From an uncultured Prolixibacteraceae bacterium (GTDB lineage Bacteria > Bacteroidota > Bacteroidia > Bacteroidales > FEN-979): a DNA stretch of 64,000 nucleotides. The notes under the pieces were generated by a model. That model was not told the DNA's origin, ran no database searches, and saw only the letters and a list, made by a program, of their open reading frames with translations. This document shows, piece after piece, positions 26,374 through 35,727 of this stretch. Location of the stretch: NCBI GenBank assembly GCA_964455285.1, contig CAYVVG010000008.1, forward strand, positions 1,595-65,594. The letters are read 5' to 3'. Numbering within the stretch: the first letter of the stretch is position 1; every line of letters begins with the position of its first letter. The position numbers were made by a program, and so were the translations under genes.

Positions 26374-27297
26374 TCACTTGTTCACCTGGAAGGTTTTATC
26401 TCCGTCGCGGATGAATTTTACAATCTGACGTGCGGCGGCAATTCCCGCGTTGATATTGGCTTCTTCAGTCTGGGCTCCCATTTTCTTGGGAGTGCAGAAA
26501 AACTTCGCCTTGAAGGAGTTTTCGATCTCGGCTTTATTCGTCGGCTCGACGTCGGTGAGGTAGGCAAAATCCTTGCGGTCCTGGAACATCCTGAGCAGAT
26601 CTCCTTCATGGATCACTTCGGCCCGTGCCGTATTCACCAGGCAGGCCGGGGCCGGCATGCGCGAAAGAAGGGCATAGTTCACCGACAGTTTGGTCTGGCT
26701 GTTGGCCGGAATGTGGAGCGAAATATAGTGACAGGTACTGTACAGATCTTCCACCGTACCGACCCATTTCACCCCGTCCTTCTCAATATCCTGCCGGGAA
26801 ACATAAGGATCGAATGCGTAGACATCCATTCCAAATCCTTTGGCGATGCGCGCCACATTCTTCCCTACATACCCGTAAGCGTGGATCCCCAGCTTTTTTC
26901 CCATCAGTTCACTGCCCGATTTGCCGTTGAAAAAGCCCCTGGCGTAATACACCATCATGCCGAGGGCCAGTTCGGCCACCGCATTCGAGTTTTGCCCGGG
27001 GGTGTTCATGGCCACGATCCCTTTGGCGGTACATGCCTGCAGGTCAATGTTGTCATAGCCTGCTCCGGCCCTGACGATGATCTTCAGGTTTTTCCCCGCT
27101 TCGATCACGGCATTGTCGGCTTTATCGCTCCGGATGATCACGGCATCCACGTCGGCAACGGCGCGGATGAAATCATCCTGGCCGGTATAGTTTTCCAGGA
27201 GGGCAAGCTCGAACCCGGCTTCCTCCACCACTTTTCTGATGCCCTTCACCGCCACGGGGGCAAAAGGCTTGTCGGTTGCGACCAGTACTTTTGTCAT
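26374..27297 (-). CDS. serA: D-3-phosphoglycerate dehydrogenase (short form, 2-hydroxyacid dehydrogenase family)
   Basis: 307 aa. GIHAYGYVGKNVA is the NAD-binding site. The gene is adjacent to serC, as in other Bacteroidota. Confidence 0.78.
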   Translation of the reverse strand: MTKVLVATDKPFAPVAVKGIRKVVEEAGFELALLENYTGQDDFIRAVADVDAVIIRSDKADNAVIEAGKNLKIIVRAGAGYDNIDLQACTAKGIVAMNTPGQNSNAVAELALGMMVYYARGFFNGKSGSELMGKKLGIHAYGYVGKNVARIAKGFGMDVYAFDPYVSRQDIEKDGVKWVGTVEDLYSTCHYISLHIPANSQTKLSVNYALLSRMPAPACLVNTARAEVIHEGDLLRMFQDRKDFAYLTDVEPTNKAEIENSFKAKFFCTPKKMGAQTEEANINAGIAAARQIVKFIRDGDKTFQVNK

Positions 27298-27317
27298 TTC
27301 AGTCAGTTTTCGGATCG

Positions 27318-28388
27318 TTATACGTTTGCTTTTTCAAATTCCTGCATGGCATCGACCAGGGCCTGGACACTTTCCAGCGGCATGGCGTTATACACCGAAG
27401 CCCTGAAACCGCCCACCGAACGATGACCTTTGATGCCGATCATGCCTTTCGTCTTTGCGAATTCCATGAAGGCATCTTCCTTGTCTTTATATGCCTCTTT
27501 CATGACGAAACAGATGTTCATCAGCGAACGGCTCTCTTTTTCGACCGTTCCGGTGAAGATCCGGCTGTTGTCGATGGCGGTGTACAGGAGGTCCGCCTTC
27601 TTTTTGTTCATGGCTTCGATGGCCGAAACACCGCCCAGGCCCTTGATCCAGCGGAGCGTCTCAAGGCAGGTGTAAATGGCGAATACAGGCGGGGTGTTGT
27701 ACAGCGAAGGCTCCTTGGTGTGGGTGGCATAGCTCAGCATGGTGGGAATCTTGCGTTCGACTTTCGAGAGCAGTTCTTCCTTCAGGATGACGAAAGTGAC
27801 CCCTGCCGGACCCAGGTTTTTCTGCGCTCCGCCATAGATCATGGCATATTTGGAAACATCGACCGGGCGGCTGAGAATGTCCGACGACATGTCGGCGATC
27901 AGGGGAACGGGGCATTCGATGTCGGTTTTCAGTTCGGAACCGTAAATGGTGTTGTTGGTGGTGATGTGAAAATAGTCGGCATCGGCGGGGATGGTGTATC
28001 CCTTTGGAATGTAGGTGAAGTTTTTGTCGGCGGAGGTCGCCACGACGTTGACCTCGCCGAAAAATTTGGCCTCCTTGATCGCTTTCTGCGCCCAGACACC
28101 GGTTTCGAGATAGGCAGCCTTGCGGTTGAGGAAATTGTAAGGCACCATGCAGAACTGGAGGCTGGCTCCGCCGCCCAGGAAGATCACCTGGTAACCTGCG
28201 GGGATGTTCAGCAACTCTTTAAAAAGTGCCACGGTCTCATCCAGGATCGCCTGAAAGTCTTTGCTCCGGTGTGAGATCTCCAGAATCGAAAGTCCGGTGT
28301 TGTTGAGATTCAGGATGGCCTTGGCCGAATTTTCGATCGCGACCTGCGGAAGGATGGAGGGCCCTGCATTGAAATTGTGCTTTTTCAT
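27318..28388 (-). CDS. serC: phosphoserine aminotransferase
   Basis: 356 aa. The N-terminus [15 protein letters not shown] and the [13 protein letters not shown] segment containing the PLP lysine identify SerC. Confidence 0.92.
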   Translation of the reverse strand: MKKHNFNAGPSILPQVAIENSAKAILNLNNTGLSILEISHRSKDFQAILDETVALFKELLNIPAGYQVIFLGGGASLQFCMVPYNFLNRKAAYLETGVWAQKAIKEAKFFGEVNVVATSADKNFTYIPKGYTIPADADYFHITTNNTIYGSELKTDIECPVPLIADMSSDILSRPVDVSKYAMIYGGAQKNLGPAGVTFVILKEELLSKVERKIPTMLSYATHTKEPSLYNTPPVFAIYTCLETLRWIKGLGGVSAIEAMNKKKADLLYTAIDNSRIFTGTVEKESRSLMNICFVMKEAYKDKEDAFMEFAKTKGMIGIKGHRSVGGFRASVYNAMPLESVQALVDAMQEFEKANV

Positions 28389-28449
28389 GACTTTGGTAGT
28401 TTAAAATACAATGAGTTGTAGATGGAATAGTCGTGCAATAATAAGAAAA

Positions 28450-28457
28450 CAAAGTTA
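28450..28457 (-). promoter_or_regulatory. -7 promoter box TAACTTTG for the serC-serA-(4HB)-DUF1015 operon
   Basis: Exact motif on the minus strand, 61 nt upstream of the serC ATG at 28388. Confidence 0.5.
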
Positions 28458-28546
28458 ATCACAAAAAATAAAAAAAACATTATTTTTTCTATCGGCATGG
28501 TCCGAAAAGTGGCGGTGTTTTCGCATACCGCCCCGGGGAAATGCAC

Positions 28547-28554
28547 TACCTTTG
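28547..28554 (+). promoter_or_regulatory. -7 promoter box TACCTTTG for the LuxC-like reductase gene (leaderless spacing)
   Basis: Exact motif ending 6 nt before ATG 28561. Confidence 0.45.
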
Positions 28555-28560
28555 CAGGCC

Positions 28561-29616
28561 ATGAAGACCGATCAGCGGATCCTGCCTTTTCTGAAGCTGG
28601 GAGAGAAACTCCGTCACCTCTCCGGGGAACCGTCGGGACTGTATCCGGAAGATGAGCCGATGGTGGGGGCTATGAACGCAGCTGTCGCTGCCAACCCGTG
28701 GTTCACCCTCCCGATGGTCGGGAACGCCCTGGCCAGCCTGGGCGAAGCACTCACCGCCGGTGCGATGGAACAGTGGCTGGCACCCTACCGTGAACGGTTG
28801 GACAGGGCAGGACCACCCCGGCGGATCGGTGTGGTCATGGCCGGTAATGTTCCGGCTGTGGGATTCCATGACTTCCTGTCGGTCCTGCTGGCCGGCCACC
28901 GGATCGTGGCCCGGCTGTCGGCTTCCGACGACCTGCTGCTGCCTGCCATGGCCGAGATCCTGTGCCGGGCCGAGCCAGGGTTCCGCGACCGGATCACCTT
29001 TACCGGGGGAAAACTGGAGGGCTTCAACGCAGTCATAGCAACAGGATCCGGAAACACCTCCCGCTATTTCGAGTATTACTTCCGCGATGTCCCGCATATC
29101 ATACGAAAAAACAGGAACGGCATCGCCATCCTCTCAGGAGAAGAGACCCCCGGTGAACTCGTGGGACTCTCCGACGACATCCTTCTGTACTTTGGCCTTG
29201 GCTGCCGGAACGTCTCCAAGCTATTCGTACCCCCGGGTTACGACTTTGACCCGCTGGCACGGGCACTTGAAGAGCACCGCGACCTTCTGCATCACAACAA
29301 GTACAGGAACAACTACGACTACCAGCGTTCGGTATTCCTTCTGAACGGCACCCGGTTTTACGAAGCAGGGCCTATCCTCCTGCGTGAAGACAGCGCCATC
29401 GCTTCGCCGGTATCGGTCGTTCACTATGAATATTACCACGATGACGGTTCACCGGACGATAGCTTCCGCAGCCAGCGGGATGACATTCAGTGTGTGGTCA
29501 GCGCCACCGCACGCACCTTCCCGGTCATTCCGCCCGGTATGGCACAGAAACCGGCCCTGTGGGAGTATGCCGACGGGGTCGATACCATGGAATTCCTGCT
29601 TTCCATTCCGCAATGA
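28561..29616 (+). CDS. LuxC-family acyl-CoA reductase-like protein
   Basis: About 351 aa. MKTDQRILPFLKLGEKL... with central GNVPAVGFHD and GLGCRNVSK resembles the Bacteroidota acyl-CoA reductase (LuxC) family. The ATG at 28561 lies 6 nt after the -7 box. Confidence 0.62.
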   Translation: MKTDQRILPFLKLGEKLRHLSGEPSGLYPEDEPMVGAMNAAVAANPWFTLPMVGNALASLGEALTAGAMEQWLAPYRERLDRAGPPRRIGVVMAGNVPAVGFHDFLSVLLAGHRIVARLSASDDLLLPAMAEILCRAEPGFRDRITFTGGKLEGFNAVIATGSGNTSRYFEYYFRDVPHIIRKNRNGIAILSGEETPGELVGLSDDILLYFGLGCRNVSKLFVPPGYDFDPLARALEEHRDLLHHNKYRNNYDYQRSVFLLNGTRFYEAGPILLREDSAIASPVSVVHYEYYHDDGSPDDSFRSQRDDIQCVVSATARTFPVIPPGMAQKPALWEYADGVDTMEFLLSIPQ

Positions 29617-29648
29617 TAAAATTTCTTTGCAATTCAATTTAGAATCAT

Positions 29649-29656
29649 TAATTTTG
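29649..29656 (+). promoter_or_regulatory. -7 promoter box TAATTTTG for rpmE (L31 type B)
   Basis: Exact motif 20 nt upstream of ATG 29677. Confidence 0.5.
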
Positions 29657-29676
29657 CACCCTCAAAATAAGATGCA

Positions 29677-29949
29677 ATGAAGAAAGAGATTCATCCCAAG
29701 GATTACAGGCTGGTCGTTTTTAAGGATATGTCGAACGATTATACGTTTCTTTCAAAATCAACCGTGAAGACCAAAGAGACGATCGTATGGGAGGACGGGG
29801 TGGAATATCCCCTGGTGAAACTGGAGATCTCCCACACCTCGCACCCGTTCTATACGGGCAAGATGAAACTGGTTGATACTGCCGGCCGCGTCGATAAATT
29901 CAAGAGCCGGTATCAGAAACACATTGACAGGAATGCCGCCGCAAAATAG
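29677..29949 (+). CDS. rpmE: 50S ribosomal protein L31, type B (no zinc-ribbon CxxC)
   Basis: 90 aa: [29 protein letters not shown]...HPFYTGK. The gene has its own -7 box and terminator. Confidence 0.92.
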   Translation: MKKEIHPKDYRLVVFKDMSNDYTFLSKSTVKTKETIVWEDGVEYPLVKLEISHTSHPFYTGKMKLVDTAGRVDKFKSRYQKHIDRNAAAK

Positions 29950-29977
29950 GGAAGAAACACCCCATAATATATCGAGA

Positions 29978-30005
29978 GCCTCCTGTAACCGGGAGGCTTT
30001 TTTTT
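29978..30005 (+). terminator. rho-independent terminator of rpmE
   Basis: The stem GCCTCC / GGAGGC has an 8-nt loop and is followed by T8 (29998-30005), 29 nt after the stop codon. Confidence 0.8.
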
Positions 30006-30018
30006 GCGTATAATTTGC

Positions 30019-30026
30019 TAATTTTG
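30019..30026 (+). promoter_or_regulatory. -7 promoter box TAATTTTG for the GlmU-like gene
   Basis: Exact motif 33 nt upstream of ATG 30060, just after the rpmE terminator. Confidence 0.45.
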
Positions 30027-30059
30027 TGAACTGTTTGAAGTTGTAAACGCTGCGAGATC

Positions 30060-31244
30060 ATGAACTACATCCTGTTTGACGAGAATATAGTCCGTTCCAA
30101 CCTGCTTCCGCTCACCTTTACGCGACCGGTGGCCGACATCCGCGTCGGCATCCTGACCATCCGTGAAAAATGGGAGAAACGGCTGAAGGCAACGACCTCC
30201 ACCTTGACCGAAGGTTACCTGAGTGCCAAGTTCCCCTTTGTAAAAATGGCTGAAAATGTGCTCATCAATGGCTCGGTATGTCCAAACGAGGAGGTCGTCA
30301 GGGCCATCCTGAACATCAGGCCGAACCAGACCATCGTTTACAACGATACCATCATCGCTCTTCATGTGAAAGCCGGGGATCTCGACAACCTGGGCGATCC
30401 GTCGGGGGAAGGCATCGAGGAGATCCGGCTGAAAGAGGCGCCGGTCAAGATCAATCACACCTGGGAAATATTCTCGAAGAATGAAACCTGCCTGACCGAC
30501 GATTTCAAACTTCTGACCAAGGGCCGTAAGTCTCAACCCCTGAGTCCCTCCAACCGGGTGGTAGGCGAAGGAAATATTTTTGTCGAAAAAGGGGCCCGGG
30601 TCGAGTGTGCCATCCTGAACGCTTCACAAGGACCGATCTATATCGGCAAAGATGCCGAGATCATGGAAGGGGCGGCGATCCGGGGACCCTTCGCCCTGTG
30701 CGAAGGCGGCATCGTCAAAATGTCAGCCAAGATCTACGGCCCGACCACCATCGGGCCCTACTGCCGGGTAGGAGGAGAGATCAACAATTCGGTGCTTTTC
30801 GGATATTCAAACAAGGCGCACGACGGATTCCTCGGACATTCGGTCATCGGCGAGTGGTGCAACCTGGGGGCCGATACCAACACCTCCAATCTGAAGAACA
30901 CCTACGACAATGTCCGCCTCTGGAGTTATGTCAAGCAGACTTTTGTAAACACCAACCTGCAGTTTTGCGGCCTGATCATGGGCGACCACTCCAAGAGCGC
31001 CATCGACACGATGTTCAACACGGGCACCGTGGTCGGCGTGAGTGCCAACGTCTTCGGCTCGGGATTCCAGCGCAACTTCATCCCTTCCTTCACATGGGGA
31101 GGAACCTCGACCAACTACAGCCTGAGCAAGGCCATGGAGGTGGCAGAGATCGTCTTTCAGCGCCGCAACCGCGTCTTCGACGAAGTGGAACGCGCCCTGC
31201 TGACCAGTGTTTACAACCTGACACTGAAGAATAAGTACCTCTGA
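30060..31244 (+). CDS. GlmU-like putative sugar-nucleotidyltransferase / hexapeptide-repeat acyltransferase
   Basis: 394 aa. An N-terminal nucleotidyltransferase-like fold is followed by C-terminal left-handed beta-helix hexapeptide repeats (IGPYCRVGGEINNSVLFGYSNKAHDGFLGHSVIGEWCNLGA). Confidence 0.62.
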   Translation: MNYILFDENIVRSNLLPLTFTRPVADIRVGILTIREKWEKRLKATTSTLTEGYLSAKFPFVKMAENVLINGSVCPNEEVVRAILNIRPNQTIVYNDTIIALHVKAGDLDNLGDPSGEGIEEIRLKEAPVKINHTWEIFSKNETCLTDDFKLLTKGRKSQPLSPSNRVVGEGNIFVEKGARVECAILNASQGPIYIGKDAEIMEGAAIRGPFALCEGGIVKMSAKIYGPTTIGPYCRVGGEINNSVLFGYSNKAHDGFLGHSVIGEWCNLGADTNTSNLKNTYDNVRLWSYVKQTFVNTNLQFCGLIMGDHSKSAIDTMFNTGTVVGVSANVFGSGFQRNFIPSFTWGGTSTNYSLSKAMEVAEIVFQRRNRVFDEVERALLTSVYNLTLKNKYL

Positions 31245-31296
31245 TCAGGCACAATCCGGTCTGGCACATTTCTTGTCATTCAGCGTCTTCCCGGAG

Positions 31297-31320
31297 ATGT
31301 TCCCGGGAACATGCCTTTTT
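31297..31320 (+). other. 16-bp perfect palindrome ATGTTCCCGGGAACAT followed by GCC-T6 between the GlmU-like gene and lon (weak terminator or operator)
   Basis: The palindrome was read directly at 31297-31312 and the T6 at 31316-31321. It lies 21 nt upstream of the lon ATG. Confidence 0.35.
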
Positions 31321-31332
31321 TACAGAACCTTC

Positions 31333-33792
31333 ATGGAAAATCTTTCAGAACCTGTCACACTGAACCTTTCCGACCTGATCGACTCCGAAACCGAGTTCAT
31401 CCCCCTGCTCTCCTCCGAGGACGAAGAGGCCATGAACACGGAAGATATCCCCGAAACGCTGCCGATACTGCCTCTGCGGAACACGGTGCTCTTTCCCGGA
31501 GTGGTGATCCCGATCACGGTCGGCCGCGATAAATCGATCCGGCTCATCCGCGAGTACTACAAAGGAACCCGGACCATCGGGGTGGTCGCCCAGAAAGACC
31601 CGGCCGTCGAAGACCCGGAATTCGCCGACCTGAACCAGATCGGGACGGTCGCCTTCATCATCAAGATCCTGCAGATGCCCGACGGCAGCAATACCGCCAT
31701 CATCCAGGGAAAACGCCGTTTTTCAATGAACGGGATGATCCAGTCCGAACCCTACATCCTGGCAACGGTCAGCCCCTTCGAAGCCCCGGTGAACGTGGCC
31801 CCCGATAATGGGGAATTCAGCGCCCTGATCGCATCCCTGAAAGACCTTGCCATACAGATCATCACGAAATCGCCGAACATCCCCTCCGAAGCGGCTTTCG
31901 CCATCCGAAACATTGAATCGCCCTCCTTCCTGGTCCATTTCATCTCCTCTAACCTGAATGTCAGCCTCGAAGAAAAACAAAACCTGCTGGAGCGGTCCGA
32001 TCTCACCGAAACCGCCCAACAGGTGCTGACCCTGCTCACCAAGGAACTCCAGGTTGCCGACCTGAAGCAGCAGATCCAGAACAAGGTGAAGACCGACCTC
32101 GACAAGCAGCAGCGGGATTTCCTGCTGAACCAGCAGTTGAAAACCATCCAGGAGGAGCTCGGCGGAAATCCGAATTTGCAGGAAATCAACTCCCTGAGAG
32201 AGCAGGCCCAGCATAAAAAATGGTCAAAAGAGGTGTCCGATGTCTTTGAAAAGGAGATCGGAAAACTGCAGCGGATGCATCCCATGGCAGCCGAATATTC
32301 GATCCAGACCAATTACCTCGAAACGCTGGTGCAGTTGCCATGGGGAGAATACACCGACGACAACCTCGACCTTCATCATGCGGGACAGGTGCTCGACGAG
32401 GACCATTTCGGCCTTGAAAAGGTGAAGGAGCGGATCATCGAACACCTGGCCGTCATCAAGCTGAAACGCGACCTGAAAGCACCGATCCTTTGCCTGGTGG
32501 GACCACCGGGGGTGGGGAAGACATCGCTTGGAAAGAGCATCGCCCGGGCCCTCGGCCGTAAATATATCCGGATGTCGTTGGGGGGGCTGCGCGACGAATC
32601 GGAACTCCGGGGGCACCGGAAAACCTATATAGGGGCGATGCCCGGCCGGATCATCCAGAGCCTGAAGAAGGTGAAGAGTTCAAACCCGGTCTTCGTGCTC
32701 GACGAGATCGACAAGGTGATGGGAATGAACATCAACGGCGACCCCCAGGCAGCCCTGCTCGAAGTGCTCGACCCGGAGCAGAATAACGCCTTTTACGACA
32801 ATTACCTGGAGATCGAGTACGATCTTTCAAAGATCATGTTCATCGCCACCGCCAACACCCTCAGCACCATCCACCCGGCGCTTCGCGACCGCATGGAGAT
32901 CATCGACCTGCCCGGGTACCTGCTCGAGGAGAAGGTGGAGATCGCCTGCCGCCATCTTCTGCCCAAACAGTTCCGTGAACACGGCATCCGTAAGAACCAG
33001 CTTCGTTTCAGCGGGGACCTGATCCGGAGGATCATCAGCGACTATACGCGTGAATCCGGGGTGAGGATGCTCGAAAAAAACATCGCCAAGGTCATCCGCA
33101 GCAAGGTGAAATCGATCGTTACGCGCGAAAAGTTCAACCGCGACCTGTCACAGGCCGATATCCGGAAGATCCTGGGTATCCCGATCTTCCAGGCCGAAAA
33201 GTCCATCAGCAATGAAGTGGCCGGTGTGGTGACCGGACTTGCCTGGACCTCCACGGGTGGGGAGATCCTTTTCGTCGAGACCAGCCTCAGCCGAGGAAAA
33301 GGCGAACTCACCCTCACAGGCAACCTGGGCGACGTGATGAAGGAATCGGCATCCATTGCCCTGGCATACCTCAAGGCCCATTCGGAGGATTTTGGCATCG
33401 ATCCCGGCTGTTTTCAGAAATGGAATGTGCATATCCATGTTCCGGAAGGCGCCACGCCCAAAGACGGACCATCGGCAGGCATCACGATGTTCACCGCCCT
33501 GGCTTCGGCCTTTACCCAGCGGAAAGTGCGTGAACGGCTGGCCATGACCGGCGAGATCACCCTGCGGGGAAAGGTCCTCCCGGTCGGAGGGATCAAGGAG
33601 AAGATGCTGGCTGCCAGAAGGGCCGAACTCACCGATATCATTCTCTCGGAAGAGAACCGGAAAGATATCGAAGAGATCAAGCCGGCCTACATCGATGGGC
33701 TGACATTCCACTATGTGAAAGAGATGCGTGAGATCAGGGAATTGGCCCTGCTTGACGAAAGAGTGAATAACGCCCTGAACCTGGAATACTGA
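31333..33792 (+). CDS. lon: ATP-dependent endopeptidase Lon
   Basis: [15 protein letters not shown] marks the LON N-domain, GPPGVGKTS is Walker A, and DGPSAGITM contains the catalytic serine. The start is taken at ATG 31333 (MENLSEP...). Confidence 0.95.
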   Translation: MENLSEPVTLNLSDLIDSETEFIPLLSSEDEEAMNTEDIPETLPILPLRNTVLFPGVVIPITVGRDKSIRLIREYYKGTRTIGVVAQKDPAVEDPEFADLNQIGTVAFIIKILQMPDGSNTAIIQGKRRFSMNGMIQSEPYILATVSPFEAPVNVAPDNGEFSALIASLKDLAIQIITKSPNIPSEAAFAIRNIESPSFLVHFISSNLNVSLEEKQNLLERSDLTETAQQVLTLLTKELQVADLKQQIQNKVKTDLDKQQRDFLLNQQLKTIQEELGGNPNLQEINSLREQAQHKKWSKEVSDVFEKEIGKLQRMHPMAAEYSIQTNYLETLVQLPWGEYTDDNLDLHHAGQVLDEDHFGLEKVKERIIEHLAVIKLKRDLKAPILCLVGPPGVGKTSLGKSIARALGRKYIRMSLGGLRDESELRGHRKTYIGAMPGRIIQSLKKVKSSNPVFVLDEIDKVMGMNINGDPQAALLEVLDPEQNNAFYDNYLEIEYDLSKIMFIATANTLSTIHPALRDRMEIIDLPGYLLEEKVEIACRHLLPKQFREHGIRKNQLRFSGDLIRRIISDYTRESGVRMLEKNIAKVIRSKVKSIVTREKFNRDLSQADIRKILGIPIFQAEKSISNEVAGVVTGLAWTSTGGEILFVETSLSRGKGELTLTGNLGDVMKESASIALAYLKAHSEDFGIDPGCFQKWNVHIHVPEGATPKDGPSAGITMFTALASAFTQRKVRERLAMTGEITLRGKVLPVGGIKEKMLAARRAELTDIILSEENRKDIEEIKPAYIDGLTFHYVKEMREIRELALLDERVNNALNLEY

Positions 33793-33798
33793 ACCGGC

Positions 33799-35724
33799 TC
33801 AGCGGATCAGGATCATTTTGCGCGAAGCGGTAAAACCGCCGGCCTCCATTTTCAGAACGTATAATCCCGGAGAGAGCCCGTCAGGAGTCCATGTGAACCG
33901 GTAAAGGCCCGGTGCATGGAACATGGATACCGGCGTGGCGACCGGCCTGCCAGTGTTATCGAGAATGGTGATCACCACCATACCGGGTGCGCCGGTCTGG
34001 TAAGAGACCGTGGTGGATCCCCTGACCGGGTTCGGCTCGTTCTGGTCCAGCCTGAACCCCGGACGACCGTTGAGTTTCCCGACATTATAGATCGTAACGG
34101 CCTGCTTGAGGAGGATCTTGCGGTCAGGATCAAACATCACATCCACGGGTTTTTTGTGATACGTGATGCCAAACTCCTGGTGGTTCACGTCGTTCATCAC
34201 GACCACCAGGTCGGTGGTGGAATCGGCGAAAACGACCCTGAATTCAGCCGGCATTGTAAAAAACGCGGGATTTGCCTGGGTTTGGTTCATGATCAGTGAT
34301 ATCCTCCATAACCCGTCGCCAAGGCTGTCGATTTCGAATGTGTTTTCGTACACGGGATGGTTGGGCGAATAGACCCATTGATTGAAGAACCAGGTCAGGT
34401 CCTGCCCGGAGGATTGATTGGCAATCCTGACGAAATCTTCGGTAAAGGCTTTATTAAAAACCAGTCCAGTATCGGTGGAATAATCGCGCATCACTTTAAA
34501 AAACAGGGAATCACCGATCACGTGACGAAGCATGTGAAGCACGCAGGCTCCCTTGTTGTAGGTGACGGCAGTGTTGTAAAGGGTCGATCCCGACGGGGTG
34601 TTGATCGCCCAGGCGGGATGGTATAGAGGCCAGCCCGGGTTGTGCGACAGGTAGTAGGAAGCTACCGAATTCATGCTGGCCATATACGCACCGTATCCGG
34701 CGGAATGCTCTACCCACAGGTTCTGACAATAAGTGGCGAAACCTTCGTTAAGCCATACATCCGCCCAGGTGCCGCAGGTGATCAGGTCGCCGAACCACTG
34801 ATGGGAATGCTCATGGGCGATCAGGTTGGCGTCGCCGTAGCCTCCGGGCATCAGGTTGACCATGCTCTGGTTTTCCATCCCCCCCCACGGGAAGGAACCG
34901 TTCAGTGTGGCAAAACCGATCTTTTCGAACGGATAGTCGCCGAAGAGAGAGGCGAAAAGGTTGGTGATCGGGCCGATAACGCTGTCGATCACCGAAAGAT
35001 CTTCCCCGCTTTTATAATAGAGTCTCACGGGCACACTGTCAGCCGGATCCGACAACGGGTGCCAGTACCGGTCATGGATGAGAAATTTATTGCTGGAAGT
35101 GAACGTGATGAGGTAGGTCGAGACCGGTATGTTGCTGACCCAGTGATAGGTGATCGTATCTCCGGAGATCACCGAATCGGCCAGGAATCCGGTCGATCCC
35201 AACCTTACATTGAGTGGAACCCGGGCGAACAGTTCCCAGGCGGCTTTATCGGAGGGACGGTCCCAGCAGGGCATCCATTTCCGGGCCCCCTCGGGGGGAG
35301 AATCGGTAAAGACATATCCCCCCGAAACGTAAAAGCCGGCATCGATATAGGTTTTATGATGGTAATAGATCCCGACTTCCGCGTTCTCGCCCGGTTGATA
35401 GGTACGGTCAAGGTTGACGGTCAGCAGGTTGGACTGGTGACTGAACCCGGTGCCTGCCATATTGACAGAATCGATGACCAGGGAAGCCGTGTTGGCGTTG
35501 AGCACGATGCTGTTCAGCGTGGAATCGACCCGAAGGCTGACGACCTGGTAGGCCGTGTAAGTTCTTGGAAATGGAGTGAAAAAGCATTTGTACAGGTCGA
35601 TACTGAGCCGGTACTTGAGTACATCGTAACTGTGCCGGGTGTAATAATGGGCAGTATCGGCAGGATAGGCGTTGACCGCCAGTATCGCCAGCAGGCATAG
35701 CCAGGTGATGCGGAGACGGGACAT
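33799..35724 (-). CDS. M1-family zinc aminopeptidase with a T9SS C-terminal sorting domain
   Basis: 641 aa with a signal peptide. HEHSHQWFGD (HExxH) plus WLNEGFATY identify the M1 family. The C-terminal ...NEPNPVRGSTTVSY... is a T9SS CTD-type beta-sandwich. Confidence 0.82.
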   Translation of the reverse strand: MSRLRITWLCLLAILAVNAYPADTAHYYTRHSYDVLKYRLSIDLYKCFFTPFPRTYTAYQVVSLRVDSTLNSIVLNANTASLVIDSVNMAGTGFSHQSNLLTVNLDRTYQPGENAEVGIYYHHKTYIDAGFYVSGGYVFTDSPPEGARKWMPCWDRPSDKAAWELFARVPLNVRLGSTGFLADSVISGDTITYHWVSNIPVSTYLITFTSSNKFLIHDRYWHPLSDPADSVPVRLYYKSGEDLSVIDSVIGPITNLFASLFGDYPFEKIGFATLNGSFPWGGMENQSMVNLMPGGYGDANLIAHEHSHQWFGDLITCGTWADVWLNEGFATYCQNLWVEHSAGYGAYMASMNSVASYYLSHNPGWPLYHPAWAINTPSGSTLYNTAVTYNKGACVLHMLRHVIGDSLFFKVMRDYSTDTGLVFNKAFTEDFVRIANQSSGQDLTWFFNQWVYSPNHPVYENTFEIDSLGDGLWRISLIMNQTQANPAFFTMPAEFRVVFADSTTDLVVVMNDVNHQEFGITYHKKPVDVMFDPDRKILLKQAVTIYNVGKLNGRPGFRLDQNEPNPVRGSTTVSYQTGAPGMVVITILDNTGRPVATPVSMFHAPGLYRFTWTPDGLSPGLYVLKMEAGGFTASRKMILIR

Positions 35725-35727
35725 GGT

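Noticed and set aside
29625-29660. Possible Zur box upstream of the type B L31 gene
   Set aside because: The AT-rich sequence AATTTAGAATCATTAATT is not a convincing inverted repeat when compared with its reverse complement. Type B L31 appears to be the housekeeping copy in this lineage.
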